Notes: generated from the letters alone by a model not told the origin. A stretch of DNA of 64,000 nt from Candidatus Hydrogenedentes bacterium UBA6118 (GCA_002422525.1 DIWA01000063.1:9920-73919), one strand, 5' to 3'. Positions 28,995 to 38,472 are shown, counted from the first letter of the stretch. Translations and numbers: made by a program.

Positions 28995-30948
28995 GGGCGC
29001 CCTCCCCGTGCGACGCCGGCGCGTCGAGCCGTTCCTCAACCGTGCCGCAGGAGAACATGGCGGCGCCGAAGTACGGGTTGCGGATCTCCTCGTCCGTCTG
29101 GATCCAGTCCGCGCCGGCGAAGTCGAACGCCATCGGGCAGTGGTGGCGATAGATCGGATCGCCGTCGCCTGCGCCGAACCGCCGGATCGCCGCGATCAGC
29201 GCATCCGACACGGCCTGAAACGCCATCCGCTGGGCGTCGATGTCCGTGCCCGCCGCGATGAACCGCTCGACGGACTCGGCCAACTCCCGCCCCACGCCCC
29301 GCTTCCAGTTCGCGATCGCCTCGCCCTCGAGCGCATCCACGGGCGCGTCGGCCACCGCCTGCGCCAACGCCGACGCGGCCTCGGCCGCGGCGTCCGGTTC
29401 ATCGTGGGCAAGCGCGTCCTGCACGGGCAGATAGGCGGCGACCATCTCCCGCAGACTCCCGCGGAACGCCTCCGGCGCGTCCGTCATTTCCATGGCGTCC
29501 CCTTCGGGCTCGGGCGGAGACATCATGCTGGGTCTGGCTTGAATCTGGAGTTCGCTGTCCAGCTTGAACGCGCCTCGCGTCACCACGCGTTCGCCCGCTT
29601 CCAGTCCGGAAGCGACGACGAACACGTCCCCGGCGCGCGGCCCCAAGGTGATCTCCCGCCCGTCGTAGGTCGGCCGATCGGCGTCCGGGGCCTGCACGTA
29701 CACGACCGCCCGGCGGCCGGTCCGCAAGACGGCCGAGGCAGGGACCGCAAGCGGCGGGTCGTCGCCGTCGGCGCCGACGCGCGCCCGCAGCTCCGCGCGC
29801 ACGAGCATGCCGGGCTTCAGCCTCCCGTCTGGGTTCGGCGTCGCGACGCGCACACGTACGGTCCGCGTCCGGTCATCCAACACCGGCGCGATGAACGCGA
29901 TGCGTCCCTCGAATGTCTCGCCGGGAAACGCCTCGGCGGTGAAGGTCACGGGCTGGTCCAACCGAACCCAGGGCAGGTCGTCCTCAAACGCCTCGAGCTG
30001 CACCCACACTTCGCTCAGGTCGGCGATCGTATAGATGATCTCGCCCGTGTCGACGTACATCCCCTCGCGGCCCGTGCGCTCCGTCACCGTGCCGCCGGCG
30101 GGCGCGTGAATCGTGATGCGATCCGACATGACGCCCTCGCGCTCGGCCAGCGCGATCTGCTCTTCCGTCAGTCCCCAACGCGCCAACTTGCGCCGCACGG
30201 CCTCCAACGCGCCTTCCGCGGCGTCGCGCAGGGCGCCGGGGCCGCCCGACGGCATGGACCGCAGCGCCCGCGACGCTCGAAGCAGCTCGTCCTTGGCCGT
30301 CAACAGCTCCGGACTGTACAGATCCACCATCGGGTCGCCCTTGCGCACCCGCACGCCGGTGTAGTCCGCGTACATCCGCTCGATCCGGCCCGGGACCCAC
30401 GCCGCGATGCGACCGACCCGGGTCTCGTCATAGTCGACCTTGCCCGTCATCCGAAGACGAACCTCGACCGGCCGCCGCACGACGGGCGCCGTCTCGATCT
30501 GCAGGAGCGCGACCGAGTCGCGCGACGTCGAGAGTCGTCGTGGCGACGGCTCGGCCGCGTCGTCGTCTCCCTCAGAGACGGGGATCAGCTCCATGTTGCA
30601 GATCGGGCAAAGCCCGGGGTTCGGCTGCCGGATCTGCGGATGCATCGAGCAGGTCCACTCGGTCGCCGCCTCGGTCTCGGCGCCGGCGTCGTCTCCCTCA
30701 GAGACGGGGATCAGCTCCATGTTGCAGATCGGGCAGAGCCCGGGGTTCGGCTGCCGGATCTGCGGATGCATCGAGCAGGTCCACTCGGTCGCCGTCTCGG
30801 TCTCGGCGCCGGCGTCGTCCGTGGAGGGCGGCGCGTGGTCAGGCGCCCCTCCGCTCCAGCATCCGCGCGCGGCGAATCCCACGGCAAAAGCCGCGATCAG
30901 GGCGATCCACACCCTGCGCGACGGCAGTGATCGGTTTGTTTGCATCAT
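28984..30948 (-). CDS. cusB: CusB-like periplasmic adaptor with two HMBD repeats and a C-terminal DUF3347-like domain
   Basis: Two copies of WTCSMHPQIRQPNPGLCPICNMELIP; GRIERMYAD..G..VRKG, DLYSPEL, VWVQLEAFE, LKPGM; C-terminal YLPVQDALAHD...HCPMAF...WIQ..EEIRNPYFG.AM..CG. Start at MMQTNRS (30948). Confidence 0.9.
   Translation of the reverse strand: MMQTNRSLPSRRVWIALIAAFAVGFAARGCWSGGAPDHAPPSTDDAGAETETATEWTCSMHPQIRQPNPGLCPICNMELIPVSEGDDAGAETEAATEWTCSMHPQIRQPNPGLCPICNMELIPVSEGDDDAAEPSPRRLSTSRDSVALLQIETAPVVRRPVEVRLRMTGKVDYDETRVGRIAAWVPGRIERMYADYTGVRVRKGDPMVDLYSPELLTAKDELLRASRALRSMPSGGPGALRDAAEGALEAVRRKLARWGLTEEQIALAEREGVMSDRITIHAPAGGTVTERTGREGMYVDTGEIIYTIADLSEVWVQLEAFEDDLPWVRLDQPVTFTAEAFPGETFEGRIAFIAPVLDDRTRTVRVRVATPNPDGRLKPGMLVRAELRARVGADGDDPPLAVPASAVLRTGRRAVVYVQAPDADRPTYDGREITLGPRAGDVFVVASGLEAGERVVTRGAFKLDSELQIQARPSMMSPPEPEGDAMEMTDAPEAFRGSLREMVAAYLPVQDALAHDEPDAAAEAASALAQAVADAPVDALEGEAIANWKRGVGRELAESVERFIAAGTDIDAQRMAFQAVSDALIAAIRRFGAGDGDPIYRHHCPMAFDFAGADWIQTDEEIRNPYFGAAMFSCGTVEERLDAPASHGEGAHDH
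30561..30819. repeat. 126-bp tandem duplication of the HMBD coding sequence (124/126 identical)
   Basis: Copy 1 is 30561-30686 and copy 2 is 30687-30812. Two mismatches (gggcaaagc vs gggcagagc; gccgcctc vs gccgtctc), plus 7 nt of a third unit. Confidence 0.95.
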
Positions 30949-31101
30949 CTCGCACTCCTCTGACACCAGTTGCGATCCACGGGAAGACAGGCGACGCTGG
31001 ACGCGAGCAGGGGCGAGGGGCGCTTGGCAAAGCCCGATCGCCGCGCCTATCCACGACGACACAGCACGCCCGGCCGCGTCAGCGACGCAGGGCGAGGCGG
31101 A

Positions 31102-31593
31102 TCAGAGGAGCAGCGTGCAGATGGTGAGGTACGTCGAGGGGGGAGACAGCGCACCGCTCGACAAGCGCATCTGTCGCGCAGGGGCGGTCGGCGCTGGGAG
31201 ACCAGGGACGCCATCGAGATCGGCGGGAACGGTCGCGGTGCGGACGGCCGGCCCGACAGCGCCTTGGGTCTGGCCGGCGGGCTCGAGCGGCCGGTAGACC
31301 GCGCAGGGGCAGGACTCCGCACCGCCATCGCAAGGCCGAGCGCCAGATGCGGGGGCGGGTCCCGATTGCTCGACGGCCGTACCGGTCGGGTTGCAGCACT
31401 CGTGGTCCGATGCGGGGTCTGCCGCGGGCGCCGGAACCGGATCGCGCACGCCGCACACGCCGCGCGAAGACGCACACGCGCAAGGCGACGCATCGACCGC
31501 GCAGGCGCACGCGGCGGTCGCCCCGCCCTGAAGCAGGGCGACGACAAGCGCGAGCAACATGCGCACCGCTGTGCTGTCCAGACTGTTCAGCAT
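31102..31593 (-). CDS. Small Cys-rich protein heading the metal-efflux operon (leader-like)
   Basis: Hydrophobic N-segment (MLLALVVALLQGG), Cys clusters CAC, CAC, CC, CPC, Pro-rich linker, and C-terminal PPSTYLTICTLLL. Start uncertain (31650, 31593 or 31560). Confidence 0.65.
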   Translation of the reverse strand: MLNSLDSTAVRMLLALVVALLQGGATAACACAVDASPCACASSRGVCGVRDPVPAPAADPASDHECCNPTGTAVEQSGPAPASGARPCDGGAESCPCAVYRPLEPAGQTQGAVGPAVRTATVPADLDGVPGLPAPTAPARQMRLSSGALSPPSTYLTICTLLL

Positions 31594-31709
31594 CGCCTTC
31601 CCGCGCGACACGGCGCCGCGCTTCCTGTTCCGCCGACCTGAGGAGACCATCTCCACATTACACACTAACGAACGCGGAACCGCGCGGTATTTCCGCGTCG
31701 CGCTCCGCG

Positions 31710-34700
31710 TCACACCGGCGCAACGCCCTCGACCTTCTCTTCGACGCGTCCTCGCAACCGATCCAGCATGCCGCCGATGTCGTATCCCGCTGCCTCTGCG
31801 GCCTCGATCGCCGCTTCGACGCATCGATCACGCGACGCGACCAGAGCGCGGCGGTCGGTCTCATCCAACCCGTCTTCCGCGTGGATGGCCACGGCGGCCG
31901 TCAGGCGAAGCCAGCGCATCGCCGCCTCGAACGGCTCTTTGCGTACGTAGTACCGGCCCGCGTGCTCGTTGACGCCAAGGTACGCGCGGGAAATGTCGTC
32001 TTCGAGAATCTCCTCGAGGAAATGCGCGGGCTCCTCGTCGTACGCGGCGAGGAGCGAGGCGGTGTGGCGCACCAACAGCATGACGAGATGGCTGTCGTCG
32101 TGCGCTTCGGCTTCGGAACGCCCAAGCTCGACGTAGGCCTGCCGGATCGGCGTCGTGAGCAGCCAGTGCTCCATCCAACCGGCGCCGTAGTCGCTCATCG
32201 CCCCCAGCCCCAGCATGCCTTCGAGATGGCGCGTCAACGCCCAAGTCACCGGGATGCGCCAGAACAGCACCTGCGCGCGCTCCTCCTCCTCCGCGACTTG
32301 CTTGGCGTCGCGCTTGTCGGTCCTGGGAACCGGCGCGCCCTCCTCCGCCGAGCGCGCCTGCCCCTCAGCCACGACCGCGGGGACCTCCGTCTCAGGGGCG
32401 ATCCGCTGGATCGCCGCCAGGTCGCGGTCGGCCGACCGCAGCGCCGGCTCCGCGTCAATCGCGATCCCCGACTCCGACTCCGCCACGTCCAGGTACATCC
32501 GCAACGCCTTGATCACGGCCTTGCGCACGGGCGCCTGACGCTTCGGCTCATGCAACGACCGCGTGAAATCCGTCAGCGTACGGGAGTTGAGCACCAGCCG
32601 GAAGGTCTCGAGCATCGGCGCGAGCACGGTCTCGCGAAACACGCGCTGGATGTCCGGCACGCCCCGGCCGTTGAGCCGGTCGCACACACGCGACCACACA
32701 TGGTCGGTGTCCACGATCTCCTCAAAATCAAGGAAAACGTGATACTGGTAGCCCGCCAGTTCGAAGTACATCCCGTCGTGCGCCAACGACGCCCCGCGTC
32801 GCAGGTACTGCAGGCCGTCTCGCGAGTCGCGGAACAGGTAGAACACGTCGGACGCGTCGCGCAGCCCGAGCGCCTCGCTCAGCGTCAGCCGCCGCAGGTC
32901 CTGGTCCTCCGCCGACCCGAAGTTGATCGCCGCGCTGGTGTGAATGCGCCCCCGCGTCGGCGCATAGGCATTGTTGTATACGACCAGCGCCCGCTCGTCC
33001 CCGTGCCGGTTCGAGTACACGAACACGTTCTCGTCCACGTAGTCCTGCGGGTGAATCAAGTCGTACAAGACGAAATGGCGGATATCGCAGAACAGCCGCC
33101 TGCGCCTGAGCAACGGCGCGATCTCGCGTTTGTGTCGCGCGATCATCCCCTGGTCCGGCGTCTCGTGCCAGTAGGCCCGCCGGAACTCCATCCCGTACTT
33201 CTCCGTGAACCCCTCGACCTGCCCATGGCCGAACATCGGCAGCCCGGGCAGGGTGGCGAGCATCACGCTGACGCCGAAGAACTTGTCGCCCCGGCCGAAC
33301 TGCTCGACCGCGGTGAGCTCATCCGGGTTATTCATGAAATTCACGAACCGCTTGAGCACCTCGGGACTGAACTCGAGCACGTTCTTCAGCGTCATGCGGT
33401 ACTTGAGGTTCTCCTCCATCTTCAACATGTTCATGAACGCGCTGTTGTACACCCGGTGCATGCCCAGGGTACGGACGAAATAGCCCTCCATCAGCCAGAA
33501 CGCCTCCGCAAGCAACAGCGTGTCGGGCGCTTCGGCCTGCACCCGGTCCACCACCTCGCGCCAGAACTCCTCCGGCATCGCCCGGTCGAACTCCTGACGC
33601 GTCATGCTGTACAGCGAGCGCGAAGGGATCGCCCCGCCCTCCCCGGGCAGCGGGAACCAGAGCCGCTGGTAGTGTTTCTTCGCCAACGTCATCGCCGCGT
33701 CGAACCGGATGACCGGCGACAGGCGCGCCACGTGCAGGATCGTCTTGATGACCGCCTCGCGCACCTCCGCCAGCAGGTAGTTGAGCTGCGCGGTGTCGTT
33801 CCACGGCATGCTCGTGCCGTCGTTCCCGTGGTAGATGTAGCGCGTGTCGCCGCTCGCCGTGTCGACCCGCTTGAACACCACCGCGGCGTCGCTGCGGTTC
33901 CAGTAGCCGTCCTCGATCTGCACCGCGACGCGCGGGTCGGGCGACAGATTGGGCCCCGTGAACCGGTAGCCGGGGAACGGCGGCTCGGCGCATTGGATGA
34001 ACCAGTCGGGATGCTCCACCACCCAACGTGAGAAGACGCCGACATGGTTGGGCACCATATCGCTGGCGAGACGGATGCCCCGCTGCCGTGCGCGCTCCTT
34101 CAGACGCAGATAGGCCGGTTCGCCCCCGAGATCGGCCGCGATCGTGTAATCGTACAGCGAATAGGCCGACGCCGCCGCTTCGGCGTTGCCCATCCGCTTC
34201 TTGATCTCCTCAGAGGCGGTCGACCGCTCCCAGAGTCCGATGAGCCACAGCCCGGTGAATCCGCGCCGCGCCAGACGGTCCAGCTCCTCATCCGGGACCT
34301 CGTCGAGCCGCTGGATCGCGCGGCCATACGCGCGGGAGAGCTGATCGAGCCAGACGTACGTGATCTTGGCGATCAGCACCAGCTCAGACATCCACTCGGC
34401 GTCGTGCGTAAACCGCTCCGGCTCGGGGTAGTCCGACGCGCCGCCAAGCCCGCGTCCGAACGCGAGGACCTCCACGACATCCTTGCCGAACCCCCTGTCC
34501 CGGGTCTCCTCACGCAGGATGTCGCGCGTGCGGATGATGCGGCGGATCAGCCAAGCCGGCAGAAGCCGCCCCCAGTGGGCGCGGATGTACTCGAGCTGCC
34601 CTTCCAACGAATCCGGCGCGGCGCGCATCGGCGCTCGCAGCGTCGCGAACAGGTCGTCGCCCACCAGCTCGACCGGCGGCTGATCGCGATAGAACGCCTC

Positions 34701-35303
34701 GACGGCTTCCATGGCCTCCGCGATTGGGGCCGCCTCACGCAACGCCGCGTCGTCAAACAGAACACGGAACGGCTTCAGCGCGGGGTTCTCGATCGCGAGC
34801 TGGAGCAACGCGATCTCGCGCAAGGCCTCATGCGTCGCGGGCTCCGATCCCGGCCGCCCCGCCAGGTAGGCCGCCGGGTCCTGCCAGCCCTTGGCCACGG
34901 CGAACGGGGGAAATGCATCCGCGAACGCCTCGAAAAGCCGGTGGACCGCGCCTGGACTCCCCAAAGCCGACGCCAGCGCGCGCAGCGCCTCCTCCGACGC
35001 CCGCGGCCGCTGGTCGCACGTGTACAACCGGAAGACGTACCGCAGCACGTCAACCACTACGCCGGCGGTGAGGAGATGACCGGGCCGAACAGCCGCGTCC
35101 GAAGCGTCGCCGCCGAACCGCTCGTTCACCCGCAGGGCGATCTGGCCCGCGATCGGCGCGAGTCCGCGCGGATCGGCTCCCGGCGGATCAACCAGAACCG
35201 CATCGAGGTCCAGAACGCGCCAGGCCTCGCGACTGAGGTGAAGGCCCAACGGGTAGGGCGACTCCCCATCCGCGCCGTCAAGCTGTGCTGTCCAATCTTC
35301 CAT
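31710..35303 (-). CDS. Large alpha-amylase family (GH13) glycoside hydrolase
   Basis: GFTGLWLIGLWE, LASDMVPNH, IRFDAAM (nucleophile), LAEAFW (acid/base), FMNNPDE. Start probably MEDW (35303) or MLAA (35315); the track's N-terminal 133 aa overlap the divergent promoter. Confidence 0.88.
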   Translation of the reverse strand: MEDWTAQLDGADGESPYPLGLHLSREAWRVLDLDAVLVDPPGADPRGLAPIAGQIALRVNERFGGDASDAAVRPGHLLTAGVVVDVLRYVFRLYTCDQRPRASEEALRALASALGSPGAVHRLFEAFADAFPPFAVAKGWQDPAAYLAGRPGSEPATHEALREIALLQLAIENPALKPFRVLFDDAALREAAPIAEAMEAVEAFYRDQPPVELVGDDLFATLRAPMRAAPDSLEGQLEYIRAHWGRLLPAWLIRRIIRTRDILREETRDRGFGKDVVEVLAFGRGLGGASDYPEPERFTHDAEWMSELVLIAKITYVWLDQLSRAYGRAIQRLDEVPDEELDRLARRGFTGLWLIGLWERSTASEEIKKRMGNAEAAASAYSLYDYTIAADLGGEPAYLRLKERARQRGIRLASDMVPNHVGVFSRWVVEHPDWFIQCAEPPFPGYRFTGPNLSPDPRVAVQIEDGYWNRSDAAVVFKRVDTASGDTRYIYHGNDGTSMPWNDTAQLNYLLAEVREAVIKTILHVARLSPVIRFDAAMTLAKKHYQRLWFPLPGEGGAIPSRSLYSMTRQEFDRAMPEEFWREVVDRVQAEAPDTLLLAEAFWLMEGYFVRTLGMHRVYNSAFMNMLKMEENLKYRMTLKNVLEFSPEVLKRFVNFMNNPDELTAVEQFGRGDKFFGVSVMLATLPGLPMFGHGQVEGFTEKYGMEFRRAYWHETPDQGMIARHKREIAPLLRRRRLFCDIRHFVLYDLIHPQDYVDENVFVYSNRHGDERALVVYNNAYAPTRGRIHTSAAINFGSAEDQDLRRLTLSEALGLRDASDVFYLFRDSRDGLQYLRRGASLAHDGMYFELAGYQYHVFLDFEEIVDTDHVWSRVCDRLNGRGVPDIQRVFRETVLAPMLETFRLVLNSRTLTDFTRSLHEPKRQAPVRKAVIKALRMYLDVAESESGIAIDAEPALRSADRDLAAIQRIAPETEVPAVVAEGQARSAEEGAPVPRTDKRDAKQVAEEEERAQVLFWRIPVTWALTRHLEGMLGLGAMSDYGAGWMEHWLLTTPIRQAYVELGRSEAEAHDDSHLVMLLVRHTASLLAAYDEEPAHFLEEILEDDISRAYLGVNEHAGRYYVRKEPFEAAMRWLRLTAAVAIHAEDGLDETDRRALVASRDRCVEAAIEAAEAAGYDIGGMLDRLRGRVEEKVEGVAPV

Positions 35304-35450
35304 GGCGGCAAGCATACACAAGCGGCCCCGCCCGCCGCCAACGCCAGAGCGCCGCCGACGCCGAACCGCCCCGGGGCCAGGCCCCGGATACGGCTCTCCA
35401 TGCACCTGCAGACAACGCACTTGGGGCCATCTGCACCGGGGATTTGGCTC

Positions 35451-35479
35451 TTGACCCCATCTGGACCCCGTGGTATACT
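35451..35479 (+). promoter_or_regulatory. Putative sigma70 promoter (TTGACC-N17-TATACT, extended TG)
   Basis: ttgacc ccatctggaccccgtgg tatact, upstream of the lipoprotein gene. Confidence 0.65.
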
Positions 35480-35601
35480 CTGGACACGACGTAAGGGGTG
35501 TCTGTGCATCCGCATTCTGTCGATCTGTTGGTGGATGGCGGAACGGACGGGCAGACAGCCCTGTTAAGTATCTGGAAGGAAATCGAAGGAGGGAAAACGC
35601 C

Positions 35602-36060
35602 ATGCTGAAATACGGCAAGTTTCTGCCGCTCGTCGTCCTGGTCACGTTGACCGTGGGCGCACTCGTCGGTTGTCCGGGTCTGGTTCCGGGCAACGCATTC
35701 AAGGTCGTGAACTTCAGTGGTCAGGTGATGACCTCACTGGCCCTTCGCGATCAGGCCGCCGGGAACTGGAGCCCGAACGTGCTGCCCGAAGCGATCCTCG
35801 AGGATGGCAAAGGCGCCGCGATCACGGGTATCCCGGATGGCATCTACGACGCTCGCGCCGTCTTCAATACGCCTACGCTTCCGTTCGTGAAGGACGCTGA
35901 AGGCGCCTACGACGCCGAAGCGGAGAAGAGCACGGCCGTGGTCACGCTGCTGCAGTTCGACGTTCCGATCGACACTCGCGGTACGTGGGAGTGGATCTTC
36001 ACGTCGCTCGCAATCGGCGACGACAGCATCATCGTCGACAACCTGCGCCTGACCGAATAA
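35602..36060 (+). CDS. Lipoprotein of unknown function
   Basis: GGAGGG RBS, then MLKYGKFLPLVVLVTLTVGALVG|CPG with lipobox LVGC; predicted beta-rich mature part. Confidence 0.8.
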   Translation: MLKYGKFLPLVVLVTLTVGALVGCPGLVPGNAFKVVNFSGQVMTSLALRDQAAGNWSPNVLPEAILEDGKGAAITGIPDGIYDARAVFNTPTLPFVKDAEGAYDAEAEKSTAVVTLLQFDVPIDTRGTWEWIFTSLAIGDDSIIVDNLRLTE

Positions 36061-36162
36061 GGCGAGCGTTGCCCAATCGACCCGTGGTCTTTGGCCTCGA
36101 AGCCGCTTCGCTTTGATGCCAGGCGCCAACAGGATCACGGCGGTGACTTGATAGTGTGGAAC

Positions 36163-36200
36163 ATGGCGTCTCCCGAACGGGAGGCGCCATTCGTCTTTCT
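36163..36200 (+). terminator. Putative intrinsic terminator
   Basis: atggcgtctccc-gaac-gggaggcgccat (12-bp stem with one G-U pair) followed by tcgtctttct. Confidence 0.55.
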
Positions 36201-36520
36201 GCGAGCCGGCTCGGCGATCCGCCGCCCTCTCCGCCGTTCCCCGTTCCCCGTCCCCGTTCCCCCTCCCCCCTCGCGGGGGCCCGACCATCCCAGTCCCGTT
36301 GTGGCGATGCATCCGTTCGTCGGGTCGCACGCATACGCCCATCTGCGCGGACGCCAGGCGCAACGGCGCCTGGTTCGGTAACACGGGTAACACGGGGACA
36401 GGCAGACGCGCGAGAACTACACGGGGAAGAAGCGGTCAGAAGGGGGAAACTGCTTGCGGAGGGCGCGGGGACGAGCGGATTCGGGGAGAATCCCGCACGC
36501 CCCCTTCTTGGCGGTTGTTT

Positions 36521-37747
36521 CTACCGACGACGCAGCAGCGTGCGACGTCTGCGAGCGGTGCGCTTGCGGGCAGCCTGCTCCTCCGGGGCATGGAACAGCG
36601 ACAGCACCTGCACGGCGCCTTCCCACTCCGCGCGCGGCAAGTGGGTCCCGAGAGCGCGCTCAATCCCCTCAAGCGCGATGTGCTCCCCAGGCGATACGAA
36701 CGTGATGGCGTCGCCTTTGGCGCTGGCCCGGGCCGTCCGGCCGATCCGATGGATATAGTCGTCGGGGTTCACCGGGATGTCGTAGTTGATCACGTGGCTG
36801 ACATTGTCGATGTCCAGTCCGCGCGCGGCCACGTCCGTCGCCACGAGCACCGGGAAGCGTCCATCACGGAAACCTTCCAGCGCGCGCTGCCGTTGCCGCT
36901 GCGTACGATCCCCATGAATCGCCTGCACGTCGATGCCGGCGCGGTGCAGGGCCTTCGCCACGCGCTCCGTGCGGCTCTTCGTCCGCATGAACACGATGCA
37001 CGAATCGACCACGGCGGCGTCATCGCGGAGCAGCTTCAGCAGCAAGGCGATCTTCGACTCCGCCGCCACCGTGTAGAGGATCTGGCGCACATTGTCCACC
37101 GGCTGCGAAATCGCGCCTACGGTGATGCGCTCCGGCTCGTTCAGGATATCCTGAGCGAGCCGCTCGATCTCGCGCGGGAATGTCGCCGAGCAAAGCAGCG
37201 TCTGCCGCTCCGCGGGCAATGTGCGCAAGATGCGCCGGATGTCCGGCAGGAAACCCATGTCCAGCATGCGGTCGGCCTCGTCGAACACGAGCGCCTCCAG
37301 CTCATTGAACCGGATGTTGCCGCGCTCCATATGGTCCAGCAGCCGGCCCGGCGTGGCCACAATCACCTGGCAGCCTCTCCGCAGCGCCCGCGTCTGCTGC
37401 TCAAGGTTCACGCCGCCGTACACGCATACGCTTCGGATGCCCAGCGCCTTGCCGTACTCCTCGATAACGTGGTGCACCTGGACGGCCAGCTCACGGGTCG
37501 GCGTCAACACCAGCAACTGGTTGCGACCGGCCTTGCCTTGCGCGATGCGCATCAGCAGCGGCAGGACATAGGCAAGCGTCTTGCCTGTCCCCGTCTGCGC
37601 GATGGCGATCACGTCCCGGCCTTCCAGCGCAACGGGAAGTACGGCCGCCTGGATGGGGGTGGGGACCTGGATGTCGTTCTTGTCGAGCACTCGAAGGCAA
37701 CGCGGATCCAGGTCGAAATCAGCGAAGGATGCTTCCTGTTCTGGCAT
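36521..37747 (-). CDS. DEAD-box ATP-dependent RNA helicase (RhlE-like)
   Basis: Q motif PTPIQ, AQTGTGKT, PTREL, TPGRLLD, DEAD, SAT, ARGLD, HRIGRTAR; basic C-terminal tail. Start at MPEQEASF (37747). Confidence 0.93.
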   Translation of the reverse strand: MPEQEASFADFDLDPRCLRVLDKNDIQVPTPIQAAVLPVALEGRDVIAIAQTGTGKTLAYVLPLLMRIAQGKAGRNQLLVLTPTRELAVQVHHVIEEYGKALGIRSVCVYGGVNLEQQTRALRRGCQVIVATPGRLLDHMERGNIRFNELEALVFDEADRMLDMGFLPDIRRILRTLPAERQTLLCSATFPREIERLAQDILNEPERITVGAISQPVDNVRQILYTVAAESKIALLLKLLRDDAAVVDSCIVFMRTKSRTERVAKALHRAGIDVQAIHGDRTQRQRQRALEGFRDGRFPVLVATDVAARGLDIDNVSHVINYDIPVNPDDYIHRIGRTARASAKGDAITFVSPGEHIALEGIERALGTHLPRAEWEGAVQVLSLFHAPEEQAARKRTARRRRTLLRRR

Positions 37748-37890
37748 AGTTTGCAGGAGTTCTATGGGTCTGCTTCCTTTCATTCGCCCTGAAGAGGGCG
37801 GTCTTGTAGCGGATCCGAGGATGAAGGGCACAGCCGACAGTCGTGTCCGCCGTCAGATGGTAAGAGATGCTGGGCATTGCCAGCACTGGT

Positions 37891-37919
37891 AGATTACCAA
37901 CCGTACACAAAGAAATCAA
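37891..37919 (-). promoter_or_regulatory. Putative sigma70 promoter of the helicase (TTGATT-N17-TAATCT, extended TG)
   Basis: Minus strand reads ttgatt tctttgtgtacggttgg taatct. Confidence 0.55.
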
Positions 37920-38004
37920 ATTCCGCGGACTCCCGCGATCCGGCGCGCGACGAACGGCGCGGATACACGTCCGCGGCCCGCAACGCGTCAGCGCCGGCTC
38001 CCAA

Positions 38005-38472
38005 TCACTTGCGCCGGAGCAGCAGGGCGTCGACCGACCACTTCCCGCCGCCGACGATGACCAGGTAGGTCGACCCGAGCAGCATGGCGAAGTCGGTCCG
38101 CATCTCGTGGGCCATGCTCCAGAAGCCGTAGGTTGACAGCTCGCGCACATGGAAGCCCCAGAGATCCTCGCCAAGCAAAATGGGCAGCTTCGTCGTCACG
38201 AGCGCGGTCAGCATGATGCAGATCAACGGAAGGGCGGAAAGACGCGTAAGCGCCCCCAGCAGGACCAGCGCGCCGCAGAGGATCTCGAAGACGCCCACCA
38301 TCGGCGCCAGTATCTCCGCCGCGTCGAACCCCATCTTCTCGAAGCGCCCGACCCCGCGCGCCGCGGGATACAGGAACTTCTGAATGCCTTCGGAGAGAAA
38401 CACGGACCCCACGGCGAGCCGAATCAGAATCACCGCCGCGGTCGCTTTGGATGCCAGCAAACGTTGGAGCAT
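38005..38472 (-). CDS. DoxX-family membrane protein
   Basis: LIRLAVGSVFLSEGIQKF, EILCGALVLLG.LTRL, GGGKWSVDA. Confidence 0.88.
   Translation of the reverse strand: MLQRLLASKATAAVILIRLAVGSVFLSEGIQKFLYPAARGVGRFEKMGFDAAEILAPMVGVFEILCGALVLLGALTRLSALPLICIMLTALVTTKLPILLGEDLWGFHVRELSTYGFWSMAHEMRTDFAMLLGSTYLVIVGGGKWSVDALLLRRK

Noticed and set aside
35316-35702. N-terminal 133-aa extension of the GH13 ORF in the track
   Set aside because: It overlaps the divergent lipoprotein promoter and start and looks non-coding, so the start was moved to 35303/35315.
36029-36758. Short ORFs in the lipoprotein-helicase spacer (96-219 aa)
   Set aside because: Low-complexity Pro/Arg translations, no RBS or motifs, and overlapping terminator hairpins.
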